From: Candidatus Bathyarchaeota archaeon
Lineage (GTDB): Archaea > Thermoproteota > Bathyarchaeia > Bathyarchaeales > DTEX01
Length of the DNA: 64,000 nt
Assembly (NCBI GenBank): GCA_018396995.1
Contig: JAGTQB010000002.1
Location: 1,503 to 65,502, forward strand
Direction: 5' to 3'
Shown here: positions 9,485 through 19,953 of the stretch, piece by piece
Layout: each line of letters opens with the position of its first letter
How positions within the stretch are numbered: position 1 is the stretch's first letter
Translations under genes and position numbers: made by a program
The notes under the pieces: model-generated
Databases searched by the model: none
Told to the model about the DNA's origin: nothing
Seen by the model: only the letters and a program-made list of their open reading frames with translations

Positions 9485-10249
9485 TTGCGGGGCTTCATTA
9501 TGGTAAGCCGCCTTGCTAAGCTAACCGAGTATGATTTAAGGAGGTATGATAGGCAAATACGCATAAATGGATTTGGTGTGGAGGGTCAGAGGAAGTTGAA
9601 GGGAGCCACCGTGCTAATTGCTGGAGCTGGTGGGCTAGGGTTCCCAATATCAGTTTACCTCGCAGCTGCTGGTGTTGGGACAATTAGAATAGTTGACCCA
9701 GACATCGTGGAGCTGGACAACCTAAACCGCCAGCTTCTCCACTGGGATAAGGATATCGGGAGGAAGAAGGTTGATTCAGCGCGTGAGAAACTCATCCAGA
9801 TAAATCCGACAATAAATGTTGAGGTGTATGATGAGAAGATAACTGAGGAGAACGCTCTATCATTGGTTAAAGATGTTGATGTAGTTGTTGATGCGCTTGA
9901 CAATTATGAGGCCAGGTTCGCCCTCAATAAGGCATGTGTAAGAGAGAAGATACCGTTCTTCCATGGAGCAGTTCATGGCTTGATGGGGCAGGCGACAACA
10001 ATAGTGCCTGGGGAGACTGCTTGCTTAAAATGTATAGTTCCAAGGCCGCCAAAACCAGAGGTCTTCCCGGTACTCGGCCCAGTAGCCGGAATCATAGGAG
10101 CGATACAGGCTACTGAGACAATAAAATACCTGGTTGGAATAGGGAACTTACTGAAAAATAAGCTCTTATTTTATGATGGCTTATATATGGAATTCACTAT
10201 GATAGAGGTTAAGAGGAATTCTGAGTGCCCTGTCTGCAGTAGGCTCTAA
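9485..10249 (+). CDS. ThiF/MoeB/UbaA family E1-like adenylyltransferase (likely start ATG at 9500)
   Basis: RYDRQI, GAGGLG, DPDIVELDNLNRQ, DALDN, two CxxC zinc pairs. Confidence 0.92.
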   Translation: MRGFIMVSRLAKLTEYDLRRYDRQIRINGFGVEGQRKLKGATVLIAGAGGLGFPISVYLAAAGVGTIRIVDPDIVELDNLNRQLLHWDKDIGRKKVDSAREKLIQINPTINVEVYDEKITEENALSLVKDVDVVVDALDNYEARFALNKACVREKIPFFHGAVHGLMGQATTIVPGETACLKCIVPRPPKPEVFPVLGPVAGIIGAIQATETIKYLVGIGNLLKNKLLFYDGLYMEFTMIEVKRNSECPVCSRL

Positions 10250-10307
10250 ACATGGTAGCTATTCAAGCACGTTAAATTTAGAGCGGGGTTTTGGCTGTAA
10301 TCTGAAA

Positions 10308-10718
10308 TTAAACTGTTTCTAACTCAACCTTCACTGGTATTGGCTCTTTAAAAATTAGGAGCACCGGGCAATTCGCCTCAGTCCTCCTCCAAGCAGCCTC
10401 AATTAACTCCTTCCTCGCATCGGCGGATACCCTAACCTTAACACTTGCCTCACTTGGCTTAGGTGAGTCTGTTGGTCTCTCAATCTCAGCTGTTACCTCT
10501 AGCCTATTAAGCTTAATATTACTCCTCTTACACACATCAGCAAATATCGTTAGGGCGCAATCAGCTAAGGCCATCGCAGCTAACTCAAGGGCCATGGGAC
10601 CAGTGTCACCCCCACCAGACGCCACTGGGAGATCACAAACCACGCTATGGGACCGTGAGTTGTCAACAACGGAACGGACATTCTCAATCCACTTAGCCGT
10701 AGCCTTATATTTGACCAT
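10308..10718 (-). CDS. OsmC family protein
   Basis: DLP...GG.DTGP..LEL...ALADC and the ANCPV cysteine pair. Confidence 0.88.
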   Translation of the reverse strand: MVKYKATAKWIENVRSVVDNSRSHSVVCDLPVASGGGDTGPMALELAAMALADCALTIFADVCKRSNIKLNRLEVTAEIERPTDSPKPSEASVKVRVSADARKELIEAAWRRTEANCPVLLIFKEPIPVKVELETV

Positions 10719-10828
10719 TCAACCACCAATATCTCTATAATATAACATTGTTTATTTAATTTTTAGGTTGCGCAAAGTGCGCCGTTTTTCTCTTAGAATT
10801 CTGGGTGAAAACTCGGTGTTCTTGAACT

Positions 10829-11008
10829 TTAGGGTCCAATAAAGCCGCATTTCGGGCATTTATATTGGCGTCTTAGCTGCCGGCACTTTGAGCACCGCCA
10901 TATAGTTATGTCTCCACAGTTTGGGCAGAAGAATGAGACCGCGTTTGTTCCAGGCGGTATTATTCTGTTGCATGAGGTGCATATTGGCATTGGAACTCTT
11001 CCGCTCAA
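10829..11008 (-). CDS. Small Zn-ribbon protein DUF1610/COG2888 (59 aa, below the ORF-track cutoff)
   Basis: Manual translation: MSGRVPMPICTSCNRIIPPGTNAVSFFCPNCGDITIWRCSKCRQLRRQYKCPKCGFIGP*. Four CxxC pairs and the family's terminal CPxCGFxGP. Confidence 0.92.
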   Translation of the reverse strand: MSGRVPMPICTSCNRIIPPGTNAVSFFCPNCGDITIWRCSKCRQLRRQYKCPKCGFIGP

Positions 11009-11047
11009 TCTATATTTACACCCCGGACTGTTGATTCGTAAATGATT

Positions 11048-12274
11048 CTATCTCCCCTTTATATACTTACTGCCTTCCCCAACTACGCTGCCAATTATAG
11101 TACTTAACGCCATTGGTATGAATTTTAAGATTCTCGCCCTCAAGGTTTTCATGAGGGTTATTGCCTGATAATCCATGTCAGCTCCTAAAACAATCTTCTC
11201 ATGAACTTTCTCCCTTAAAGCCATTAAGAATATCTTGTCTATGTCCCTGTCAGAGAACCTGTCAAGAATTCTTCTAATTAATAGGGCTATTTTGAGCTCT
11301 CCGCCTATCATTGACCTCCAGCTCTCTTCATAGGCCTTAAGAAACTCTCCACTAACATTGTCACTCAATATTGCCCTAGAGGCCACCCTTCCAGCTATCT
11401 TAGCACAGAGCCCGCCAAATATGACCCCGCCACCAGTTATCGGCTTAGTATGCCCAGCTGAGTCGCCGACTATTAACAAGCCATCACTATATGTTCGCTC
11501 AATTGGGCCGCAGGTAATAATTAGGCCAGTAAAATATTTGATGGGCTTAAGTTCCTTAAGGGTTCTTTTAAACCTCCTCTCCACAAACTTGGTGAACTTT
11601 TCCCTTATATCACGAGTTTTACATGCGAGCCCAACCCTCACAACCTCATCGTTCAGCGGTATAACCCACGCAAAGAGTCCTGGGGCAATATTCCTACCAA
11701 AATATACTTCGACATAATCTGTACTTAGACTAGATACTGAAAGGTCAGCTTGTATGCCTTTGAGGAGTCTCTCTGCGCCGTGAGTTTTTAATCCGACCAT
11801 TTGTGGTATCCTTGGCGTGGCTCCCTCGGCATCTATTAATACCTTCGCCTTAACGGCATCTCCGCCACTGGTTTCCAGGAGCCACCCATCCCCCTTCCTA
11901 TAGGCTCGTTTAACTCTTGCCCCCAACATTATAAGTGACCCCCTTCTCCTAGCCTCGCTGGCTAAAAATAGGTCAAAGAGGTGGCGGTTAACCACGCATG
12001 CTACCGGGCTCTCCCACTCAACGGTGATAGATATTTTTGATGGGGAGAATAGGTGTGCTCCTCTAATCATGTTAAGTGTGTATACTCCACTACTCGGCAC
12101 ACCTATCCTACAAAGCCCCCTGATACTTAAGAGCCCGGCGCAGTGGCAGGGCAGCCCTATCTCGCCATGCTCCTCTAAGACTACAACCCTCAACCCCATT
12201 CTAGAAGCTTCTTGGGCTGCAATTAGCCCTGATGGCCCAGCTCCAATAACGGCTACATCTGTCTCCTCCACCAT
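11048..12274 (-). CDS. Geranylgeranyl reductase family FAD-dependent oxidoreductase
   Basis: DVAVIGAGPSG, EEH..IGLPCHCAG, FAWVIP, LIVGDSAGHTKPITGGG. ATG at 12274 is preferred over the longer ORF-track start. Confidence 0.9.
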   Translation of the reverse strand: MVEETDVAVIGAGPSGLIAAQEASRMGLRVVVLEEHGEIGLPCHCAGLLSIRGLCRIGVPSSGVYTLNMIRGAHLFSPSKISITVEWESPVACVVNRHLFDLFLASEARRRGSLIMLGARVKRAYRKGDGWLLETSGGDAVKAKVLIDAEGATPRIPQMVGLKTHGAERLLKGIQADLSVSSLSTDYVEVYFGRNIAPGLFAWVIPLNDEVVRVGLACKTRDIREKFTKFVERRFKRTLKELKPIKYFTGLIITCGPIERTYSDGLLIVGDSAGHTKPITGGGVIFGGLCAKIAGRVASRAILSDNVSGEFLKAYEESWRSMIGGELKIALLIRRILDRFSDRDIDKIFLMALREKVHEKIVLGADMDYQAITLMKTLRARILKFIPMALSTIIGSVVGEGSKYIKGR

Positions 12275-12373
12275 ACTAAAGATTCCCTTCGATACCGCAT
12301 TATAATTTAATTGAAGCGTAACTTTAAAATATTTCAAATGAGCATTACTGTTCATTAACTTGGGGGCTTGTGA

Positions 12374-12643
12374 GTGGCTAGGGTTGTGATATCTCTAAAA
12401 ATATTTCCCGCGGACGTGGGTATCAATCTGGAGGACTTGAAAGAGAAGATTAAGAATGCTCTGCCGAACTATGCTTCAGTTTATGGTTTTGAGGAGGAGC
12501 CGATCGCCTTTGGCCTAGTAGCTCTAATAGCGCACATAATATTGCCAGAGGATCTAGCTGGTGGCTTAGATGAGATTGAAAGCAGGATTAAAGGTATAGC
12601 CGACGTGAGTGATATACAGACTATTATGGTGAGAAGAGCATAG
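12374..12643 (+). CDS. ef1b: Translation elongation factor 1-beta
   Basis: MARVVISLKIFP...EEEPIAFGLVAL signature. Confidence 0.95.
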   Translation: MARVVISLKIFPADVGINLEDLKEKIKNALPNYASVYGFEEEPIAFGLVALIAHIILPEDLAGGLDEIESRIKGIADVSDIQTIMVRRA

Positions 12644-12716
12644 AAAACTCTATCACCACATTTATATATCCAGCCTTCTTACAATTAATGAATGAATAAA
12701 ATAAATAATTATTCTA

Positions 12717-14909
12717 GTGAGGAAGACCCCAATGGTCAATGAGGTTCAGCTCAGGGTGGGCGATGCGAGGCAGAGGGATGTATATAGGGGTATCGCTAGA
12801 ATAGATCAGAAGACAATGGAGAAGATGGGGGTATCCGCAGGCGACGTAATTGAGATAATAGGTAAGAGGAGAACATCGGCCATAGCCTGGCCTGCATATG
12901 CTGAGGATCAAGGTAAGGGTATTATAAGGATTGATGGCATAACCCGTAAGAATGCAGGTGTATCAATAAATGAATATGTTATTGTCCGGAAGGCCGAGGT
13001 TACGGATGCTGTTAGCGTCACCCTCGCTCCAGTAGACATGAGACTGAATGTTGATGAAGACTTCATAAACTTTGTCAAAAATAGGCTCCTTGAAAGGACC
13101 TTTGTTGAGGGTGATACAACATTAGTGATGATGCTCGGACACCCAGTCCAATTCGTCGTCACGAAGACTAAGCCGCATGGAATCGTGAGACTAACTTATG
13201 ACACCCATCTACAGATTCTCCCAGAACCTGTTCCAGAGGTTAAGGGTGTACCAAGGGTCACCTATGAAGATATTGGCGGACTAAAGGAGCAGATTCAGAG
13301 GATTAGGGAGATGGTTGAGCTACCGCTAAGACACCCGGAGATATTCCAGAGACTCGGAATAGACCCGCCTAAAGGGGTATTATTGCATGGGCCTCCAGGC
13401 TGCGGTAAGACTCTCCTAGCGAAGGCTGTAGCAAATGAGTCGGACGCATACTTTATATCAATAAATGGTCCAGAGATAATGAGTAAGTTTTATGGAGAGT
13501 CTGAAGCCAGGCTCCGTGAGATATTCCAGCAGGCTCAGCAGAATGCTCCAAGCATAATTTTTATTGATGAGATTGATGCTATAGCGCCTAAGAGGGAGGA
13601 GGTTACCGGAGAGGTTGAGCGGAGGGTTGTGGCGCAGCTACTCGCACTAATGGATGGGCTCTCTGAGAGGGGTAACGTGATAGTCATAGGCGCTACGAAT
13701 AGGCCTAACGCCCTCGACCCAGCCCTTAGAAGGCCTGGCAGATTTGACCGAGAGATAGAAATAGGCATCCCGGATAAGCAGGGGAGATATGAAATACTTC
13801 TGATCCATACTAGAGGTATGCCGCTTGCCGAGGATGTTGATTTAAAGAAGCTGGCTGAGATGACCCACGGCTATACTGGAGCTGACCTGGCAGCCCTATG
13901 TAGGGAGGCGGCGATGAAGGCTCTAAGAAGATACCTCCCAGAGATAGATTTAGAGCAGGAGAGGATACCAACAGAGGTTCTCGAGAAGATGGAGGTTAAA
14001 ATGGAGGACTTCTTAAACGCCTTTAAGGAAATAACGCCAACGGCGCTTAGGGAGGTTGCAATAGAAGTTCCGACAGTCCATTGGGATGACATTGGCGGGC
14101 TTGAGGATGTTAAGCAGGAGCTGAGGGAGGCTGTTGAGTGGCCAATTAAGAACCCGGAAGTATTTAAGAGAATGGGTATTAAGCCGCCTAAAGGCATACT
14201 GCTCTATGGGCCTCCAGGCTGCGGTAAGACTTTATTGGCTAAGGCTGTTGCGACTGAGAGTGAAGCGAACTTCATAAGCATTAAGGGTCCCGAAATAATG
14301 TCTAAGTGGGTTGGCGAGTCGGAGAAGGCTATAAGAGAGGTCTTTAGGAAGGCTAGGATGTCGGCGCCCGCGGTCATATTCTTTGATGAGATAGACTCGA
14401 TTGTTCCAAGGAGGGGTCTGGGATACGGAGACAGCGGTGTAACTGAGAGGGTCATAAGTCAGCTACTCACGGAGATGGATGGAATACAGTCTCTAGAGGA
14501 CGTTGTCGTCCTCTCTGCAACCAACAGGCCGGACCTAATTGACCCAGCGATACTTAGGCCTGGTAGATTTGATAGACTGATATATGTGCCGCCGCCTGAT
14601 GAAGGAGCTAGACTATCAATTCTCAAGATTCACGTGAAAAATATGCCCCTCGCTGGCGATGTAGACCTGAAGATATTGGCCAGTATGACGAAAGGCTACT
14701 CTGGGGCGGATCTTGAAGCCCTATGCCGTGAGGCGGCCCTCATAGCTCTAAGGCGCGACATGAATGCGAAGGAGGTTACTATGAGAGACTTCCAAGAAGC
14801 CATGAAGAAAATTGGGCCGAGCATAACTCCTGACATGGAGAACTGGTATAAGAGCTGGGGCCAACAGTTTAAGAAAATGCAGAGGGCGGCGCCACCATTA
14901 ATAACTTAA
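12717..14909 (+). CDS. cdc48: CDC48/VCP (VAT) AAA+ ATPase (likely start ATG at 12732)
   Basis: Double-psi-barrel N domain, two AAA modules (GPPGCGKT twice, DEID, RPGRFDR twice), hydrophobic C-terminus. Confidence 0.97.
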   Translation: MRKTPMVNEVQLRVGDARQRDVYRGIARIDQKTMEKMGVSAGDVIEIIGKRRTSAIAWPAYAEDQGKGIIRIDGITRKNAGVSINEYVIVRKAEVTDAVSVTLAPVDMRLNVDEDFINFVKNRLLERTFVEGDTTLVMMLGHPVQFVVTKTKPHGIVRLTYDTHLQILPEPVPEVKGVPRVTYEDIGGLKEQIQRIREMVELPLRHPEIFQRLGIDPPKGVLLHGPPGCGKTLLAKAVANESDAYFISINGPEIMSKFYGESEARLREIFQQAQQNAPSIIFIDEIDAIAPKREEVTGEVERRVVAQLLALMDGLSERGNVIVIGATNRPNALDPALRRPGRFDREIEIGIPDKQGRYEILLIHTRGMPLAEDVDLKKLAEMTHGYTGADLAALCREAAMKALRRYLPEIDLEQERIPTEVLEKMEVKMEDFLNAFKEITPTALREVAIEVPTVHWDDIGGLEDVKQELREAVEWPIKNPEVFKRMGIKPPKGILLYGPPGCGKTLLAKAVATESEANFISIKGPEIMSKWVGESEKAIREVFRKARMSAPAVIFFDEIDSIVPRRGLGYGDSGVTERVISQLLTEMDGIQSLEDVVVLSATNRPDLIDPAILRPGRFDRLIYVPPPDEGARLSILKIHVKNMPLAGDVDLKILASMTKGYSGADLEALCREAALIALRRDMNAKEVTMRDFQEAMKKIGPSITPDMENWYKSWGQQFKKMQRAAPPLIT

Positions 14910-14918
14910 GATTAATGT

Positions 14919-15167
14919 GTGGTTATTGTTATGGCGGTAAAAACTTGGAAGGCGCAGCCCCTCCACCTGGCCATACTTGATATCCTTGAGAGGAAAGGCT
15001 CGATAACAGATGTGGAGCTCCTTGAGGCTTTAAAGAGCTCCTCAGGCTATAAGGATGTAAGCTTGAATGAACTGAATAAGGCTCTAATGAGGATGGAGAT
15101 AACAGGTCTCATTTTAGTGTCATCTTTGGCTAGGGGTAGGCGTCTCATACAGTTAGCTAAGAAATGA
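14919..15167 (+). CDS. Small winged-helix protein co-oriented downstream of cdc48
   Basis: ILDILERKGSITDVELL...ELNKALMRMEITGLILV winged-helix-like pattern. 10 bp after cdc48. Confidence 0.7.
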   Translation: MVIVMAVKTWKAQPLHLAILDILERKGSITDVELLEALKSSSGYKDVSLNELNKALMRMEITGLILVSSLARGRRLIQLAKK

Positions 15168-15173
15168 TGCTTT

Positions 15174-15950
15174 TTATACCTTATCCCCAATAAATATTTC
15201 CACTTTAACTTTATCCCCATCTTTTAGCCCTAGCTTATTCCGGAGATAGACTGGCGCTATAACCTCCAGGACGTTTTCACTATAGTGGCTTCTCTCCGCA
15301 AGGACTACAGCGCCCCTCTCACAATCATTAATTGTTGCTAAAAAGCATTTAACGGGGCCGAATGCCCTATTCTTATTTCTAAAACCCTTAATTTCTATCC
15401 CTGGGTAGACATTTAATGCTGTCCTCATAATAATCCCCCTTTTATCAGTTATCCTTAGATTTAGTGTTCCGGGATATGGATCAAATCCCAACTTCTCTAT
15501 AAATTGTCTTCTATATCCCTCCTGGGATACATAATAGGCTCCCTCACCTAGCCCGCTGAAAACCTCCCCCTCAACCACTATTAAGCGTGGTCTCCCCTCG
15601 AAGATCGCATTTAACTCGAGGTATACATCCCTAAGGAGCTCTTCGCCAGCCTTAGAAATTTTAACTAAGCTCCCCTCCCTATCTATGCTCCGTTCCACAA
15701 GCCCCTTCTTCTCAAGATTAACTAGGTACCTTGATACGCTCTGCTGGGATGCCCCAATTTTCTCAGCAAATTTTGTAGTTGATATTCTTATTGGTTCGTT
15801 ATGCGCGCCCATCTTGGCGAGAGCATAGAGGAGCATGAAATCCCTAATCATCTCCTTACTAACTATTCTCTCTCCTCTCATGCCCAGCCCCGCAATTAAT
15901 CTTGTGCGCGGGTATTCGCCTTCCTCCACCCATAATACTATTCGCTTCAT
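15174..15950 (-). CDS. ribK: CTP-dependent riboflavin kinase with N-terminal HTH (true start probably downstream, near 15881)
   Basis: SQQSVSRYL HTH, G.VFSGLGEGAYY, LGFDPYPGTLN, LEVIAPVYLR..L.LKDGD. Confidence 0.92.
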   Translation of the reverse strand: MKRIVLWVEEGEYPRTRLIAGLGMRGERIVSKEMIRDFMLLYALAKMGAHNEPIRISTTKFAEKIGASQQSVSRYLVNLEKKGLVERSIDREGSLVKISKAGEELLRDVYLELNAIFEGRPRLIVVEGEVFSGLGEGAYYVSQEGYRRQFIEKLGFDPYPGTLNLRITDKRGIIMRTALNVYPGIEIKGFRNKNRAFGPVKCFLATINDCERGAVVLAERSHYSENVLEVIAPVYLRNKLGLKDGDKVKVEIFIGDKV

Positions 15951-16299
15951 TAAATTTTCTCTTTAACGCTTTTAATGTTCCAGAGATTAAGAGCGTGTGC
16001 ACCACGGTTTCCTCATCCCCAACTTTAGTTATTGCCGCCATTGCAGCCCTCATCATTGGAAGCGCCTTGTGGGAGCAGCGGATTATAGCGTAGCCTCCCT
16101 CTTGATTATACTCAATTACCGATAAATCTATTTGGCTGGCACCGTACTCGCCAAACAATCGTGTTATGCTACCCCAGAGAGCCCTCTCAAACTCTCTCTC
16201 CTCCGGGATTCTTCTAGCGTCAATTTTGGCCAAGATGTAGCGATGCCTAACCTTCCTCAACAGTCCTCTCCTCTCCTTACTATATAAACTCCTGGACAA
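15859..16299 (-). CDS. rnp2: RNase P protein component 2 (Pop5)
   Basis: RHRYI, LFGEYGAS, IIRCSH, ISGTLKALK. Confidence 0.9.
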   Translation of the reverse strand: MSRSLYSKERRGLLRKVRHRYILAKIDARRIPEEREFERALWGSITRLFGEYGASQIDLSVIEYNQEGGYAIIRCSHKALPMMRAAMAAITKVGDEETVVHTLLISGTLKALKRKFNEANSIMGGGRRIPAHKINCGAGHERRENS

Positions 16300-16985
16300 A
16301 CATAGTCTTCACTTAGCTTCCTTCTATTCCGCTCAACTATAGACTTTGGGGCTTCAGAAAGAGCCCTCCTAGCACCGTTGAGGTCTAGGTCTATAAGATA
16401 TGCTAAGAAAGCATAGTCTTCTGGTCTCCTAAGCATTAAGGGTTTATCAGCCCCACTTGAGATAACTATGGGCACGCCATATTTTATAGCTACTGCAGTC
16501 TCTTTACGTAAAACCCTAAGAAGATTTATTCTGGAGGGACCAGATAAGTAGAGTAGTGGGGAAATGTTAATTTCTAGGGCGGCGCTCTTCTCTGAGGCGA
16601 GCTTTGCTTCGGAATCGCTGAAAAAGTGTTTTTTCTGGTCTTCTAAAGCATGGAATAGAATGTCTGTCCTCCTATCTTTAGCTGCCTGTAAGGCAACCTC
16701 CCTCGTGGTGCACTCTACAGCAACCACCTCGAACCTCCACCTAACTTTACCCAAAAGCTTCAGCAACTCACCAGCGCTCCTCGGCGACAAATCAACTCTC
16801 GTGACAAGATCTACCCCCGGAAACTCCCTTTTTAAGGCTTTAACAACCTCGGGATCCACGTCTATTGGGAGTGATAGTCCAATTATTTTATAGCCGAGGT
16901 CAACAGCTCTCCCTATTAAGTTTCTCGTCTCATCCATATGACTTAACTGCGGGCGTAAGTGTAGATCTGCGAATACTCTCTTCAT
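16257..16985 (-). CDS. rnp3: RNase P protein component 3 (Rpp30)
   Basis: FADLHL, A.DRR.DIL, ALEIN, PIVISSGA...LRRP. Adjacent to pop5. Confidence 0.9.
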   Translation of the reverse strand: MKRVFADLHLRPQLSHMDETRNLIGRAVDLGYKIIGLSLPIDVDPEVVKALKREFPGVDLVTRVDLSPRSAGELLKLLGKVRWRFEVVAVECTTREVALQAAKDRRTDILFHALEDQKKHFFSDSEAKLASEKSAALEINISPLLYLSGPSRINLLRVLRKETAVAIKYGVPIVISSGADKPLMLRRPEDYAFLAYLIDLDLNGARRALSEAPKSIVERNRRKLSEDYVCPGVYIVRRGEDC

Positions 16986-17422
16986 GGTATGAGCCCTATT
17001 TCCTGACAGGTCTTTCTAATATCTTCAATATTTGACATCTTAAATCTCACACGTATCCTTATCGGATCAGCCCTACAGAGCCTGAATCTCCCCATATATG
17101 CCTCCTGCTTATCAAGCCTGATATAGAGGTTACCCCCCTCTAAATGTAGATCTAAGTGTCTGCCTAAATCCTCTTTATCAACAAGTGGGAGGTTTGTCGA
17201 TATGTTGAGTAACAATGACTCAGCTATCTCAGGCTCCCTTATCTGAGTTTTAAAGAAGATTATTGGGTTGCCATATTCTCCGGTGAGCCTACTTCTGCTA
17301 AAAGAGACCCTCTCCGCATGTTCTCCTGGAAAGAGTTTTTTGGCCGCGGTAAGGACTTTCTCTTGATCTTCTGTGGCATGTGCAAAAAAGCTTAAATCTA
17401 TATATGCGATTCTACCCTCCAT
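16982..17422 (-). CDS. RNA-binding protein COG1325 (exosome/RNase P gene neighbourhood)
   Basis: HATED.EKV, GEYGNPI, LYIRLDKQEA motifs. Confidence 0.85.
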   Translation of the reverse strand: MEGRIAYIDLSFFAHATEDQEKVLTAAKKLFPGEHAERVSFSRSRLTGEYGNPIIFFKTQIREPEIAESLLLNISTNLPLVDKEDLGRHLDLHLEGGNLYIRLDKQEAYMGRFRLCRADPIRIRVRFKMSNIEDIRKTCQEIGLIP

Positions 17423-17471
17423 TCCGCTGCCACTCTACCTAGCCATTTCTCACATCAATTATTTCCCATTT

Positions 17472-17681
17472 TTAAGCTTTCCTGCCTATTTGGGAGAGAT
17501 GCTTCCTTAAGGTCTCTATGTTCTCCTCATGCGCAGTTTTCCTTCTTTCATCAACTGGTATGTTTAGTTTTAATGCTTCCTCAATCGTTAGGCTGACTGC
17601 CTTAAGTTCCCCTCTGCTGAAGCCCTTGCCAACCCGCCTCTTACCCTTACTATAAACTATTGGCTTAATCTTCGAGTTCAT
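17472..17681 (-). CDS. rpl13e: 50S ribosomal protein L13e
   Basis: R.GKGFSRGELKAV...A.KL.IPVD.RRKTAHEEN. Confidence 0.92.
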   Translation of the reverse strand: MNSKIKPIVYSKGKRRVGKGFSRGELKAVSLTIEEALKLNIPVDERRKTAHEENIETLRKHLSQIGRKA

Positions 17682-17858
17682 CCGCTTTCCACATCCCCCA
17701 AAATTTATTGCATTAATTAGATCGAGATTTTAAACCTTTTTGTAAACTTATCTTCGCGAAAAAGGATTTTTTGCTTGCTTTTTTAAATTTATGGCATTTT
17801 TATTTAGCATTTTCTGTTAGAAAAAGTTTTAAGAGGGAGCTTTATTTTCAATTGTTTC

Positions 17859-18422
17859 ATGGACGTGGTGATGAGCATAATTCCAACGAAGATGTTTTTC
17901 ACGAAGGGTGTAGGAGTTCATAAAGATAGGCTAATCTCTTTTGAGCTAGCGTTAAGGGATGCTGGTATAGAAAAGTGCAACCTTGTTTGTGTCTCAAGCA
18001 TCTTCCCACCTGGCTGTAAAATAATTTCTAGGGAGGAGGGGCTTAAACTGCTAAAGCCGGGTCAAATAACTTATGTAGTTATGGCAAGAAATGAGACGAA
18101 TGAGCCGAACCGCTTAATTGCCGCGGCTGTTGGCCTAGCCCTACCGAAGGATAATAACAATGGATACGGCTACCTGTCAGAGTACCATTCATTTGGTGAA
18201 ACTGCGAAGAAGGCAGGGGAGTATGCTGAGGATCTTGCGGCAACAATGCTCGCAACAAGCCTTGGAATAGAATTTGATCCGGAGAAAGCTTGGGATGAGA
18301 GGAAGAAGGTGTATAAGGCTAGCGGCAAAATCTTTAGAACGATGCATATATGTCAATCAGCTGAGGGTCATAAGGATGGTCTCTGGACAACCGTTATAGC
18401 TGCAGCTGTCTTTCTCCCATAA
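17859..18422 (+). CDS. pdaD: Pyruvoyl-dependent arginine decarboxylase
   Basis: [25 protein letters not shown] (Ser-Ser self-cleavage site), [18 protein letters not shown]. Confidence 0.93.
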   Translation: MDVVMSIIPTKMFFTKGVGVHKDRLISFELALRDAGIEKCNLVCVSSIFPPGCKIISREEGLKLLKPGQITYVVMARNETNEPNRLIAAAVGLALPKDNNNGYGYLSEYHSFGETAKKAGEYAEDLAATMLATSLGIEFDPEKAWDERKKVYKASGKIFRTMHICQSAEGHKDGLWTTVIAAAVFLP

Positions 18423-18451
18423 GCCCGCTAACCTCGTCTTCCAGCTCTTTT

Positions 18452-18967
18452 TCACTTGGCGAGTAAGCCACGCACTTTTCTTCCAGCGCTCGTTAAACCC
18501 CTAAAGACTTTACCCCTACCCTTCCCAAGATGGATTTCTGGATGAAGAGTTCTATCAACCATTATTACTTCAAACCACTTATAACGCCCATCCTCCCAAA
18601 CCCAGTAGGAATTTAGAACTTCTAGGTTTGGGAATCTTCTAGCAGCTCTTTCCTCGGCTATTAGCCTTAGGCTCTTAGCCAATTTATATTTTATTACACC
18701 CATCGCCTTAGGTCTCCTACCGGAGCTCGGTCTCTCCTTCCTGAAGCCGCTTTTCCTAACTCTGACACGCACTACTATAAAGCCGGGCTTATCCTTGTAG
18801 CCTAGTCTCCTAGCCTTATCAATCCTCGTCGGCTTATCAATCCTAACTATCGACGGCTCTCTACGCCACTCAATAACCCTCTGACGCATAATCTCCGCTA
18901 TATATGAATCATGCATCCTTCTCCAGGCTTTGCTCATATACTTGTAAGCCAAGTCAGCTCCCCGCAA
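18452..18967 (-). CDS. rpl15e: 50S ribosomal protein L15e
   Basis: [55 protein letters not shown]. Confidence 0.97.
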   Translation of the reverse strand: MRGADLAYKYMSKAWRRMHDSYIAEIMRQRVIEWRREPSIVRIDKPTRIDKARRLGYKDKPGFIVVRVRVRKSGFRKERPSSGRRPKAMGVIKYKLAKSLRLIAEERAARRFPNLEVLNSYWVWEDGRYKWFEVIMVDRTLHPEIHLGKGRGKVFRGLTSAGRKVRGLLAK

Positions 18968-19077
18968 ACCTAATCCTACGCAATGCTAAATAAACACAGG
19001 GTTAATTTAATCTTTTTGTTCACAAAGTTTTTCTTATTAGTTGCTTAGATCTTGCTAGTTGGGGCGAAGTAGAGGGC

Positions 19078-19941
19078 ATGTGCGTTAGCTGGATCGATGG
19101 GCTTAAGGGATCCGTGAGAGTGGCGTTTCAGGGGGAGATAGGGGCCTATAGCGAAAGCGCTGTCTACGAGTTCTTTGGGCCGCATGTCTACTCAGTCCCT
19201 TGCAAGCGCTTCTCAGATGTATTTAGGTGCGTTGAGAGTGGAGAGACAGAGTTTGGGGTTGTCCCAGTTGAGAATTCACTTGAGGGTAGTGTAACACAAG
19301 TCTACGACTTATTCCTTGAGCATGACGTCAAGGTTTGTGGTGAAGTTATTTTAAAAATAGTTCACTGCTTAATCGCTAATCCCGGTGTAGACATAAATTC
19401 AATTAAGGTTGTTTACTCACACCCACAAGCGCTTGGGCAGTGTAGAAGCTTTCTTGAGAGGCTTGGCTGCGAGCTTATTTCCACATATGATACTGCTGGA
19501 AGCGTTAAGATGATTAAAGAACATAGGATGCTTAATGCTGCAGCAATAGCTAGTGAAAGGTGTGCGGAGATTTATGGTATGAGTGTTCTTGCTAAGGGTA
19601 TAGCGGATAGCCCAAATAACTACACTAGGTTCTTTATTCTAGCGAAGTTTGATGCCCCGCCAACTGGAAACGATAAGACATCAATTATTTTCTCAACTAA
19701 ACATGTTCCCGGAGCATTATGGAGGGCTTTGGGAGAATTTGCATCAAGAGAAATAAATTTGACTAAAATAGAGTCCAGACCGACTAGGCGGAGGCCATGG
19801 GAGTATAATTTCTATCTTGATTTTGAGGGGCATAGGACGGAACCTAGGTGCATGGAGGCCCTTGAAGGATTAAAGGCGAATGCCCTATTCGTTAAGATTT
19901 TAGGCTCCTATCCTAAGGCCCAAGAAAAATATGAAGAGTAA
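19078..19941 (+). CDS. pheA: Prephenate dehydratase
   Basis: VAFQGEIGAYSE, VPVENSLEGSV, YSHPQALGQC, NYTRF, NLTKIESRP (ACT domain). Confidence 0.95.
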   Translation: MCVSWIDGLKGSVRVAFQGEIGAYSESAVYEFFGPHVYSVPCKRFSDVFRCVESGETEFGVVPVENSLEGSVTQVYDLFLEHDVKVCGEVILKIVHCLIANPGVDINSIKVVYSHPQALGQCRSFLERLGCELISTYDTAGSVKMIKEHRMLNAAAIASERCAEIYGMSVLAKGIADSPNNYTRFFILAKFDAPPTGNDKTSIIFSTKHVPGALWRALGEFASREINLTKIESRPTRRRPWEYNFYLDFEGHRTEPRCMEALEGLKANALFVKILGSYPKAQEKYEE

Positions 19942-19953
19942 TTCAGGTTACTT

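Noticed and set aside
15859-15950. 92-bp ribK/pop5 overlap as a dual-coding region
   Set aside because: It is more simply explained by an over-extended ribK start; a later ATG near 15881 removes most of the overlap.
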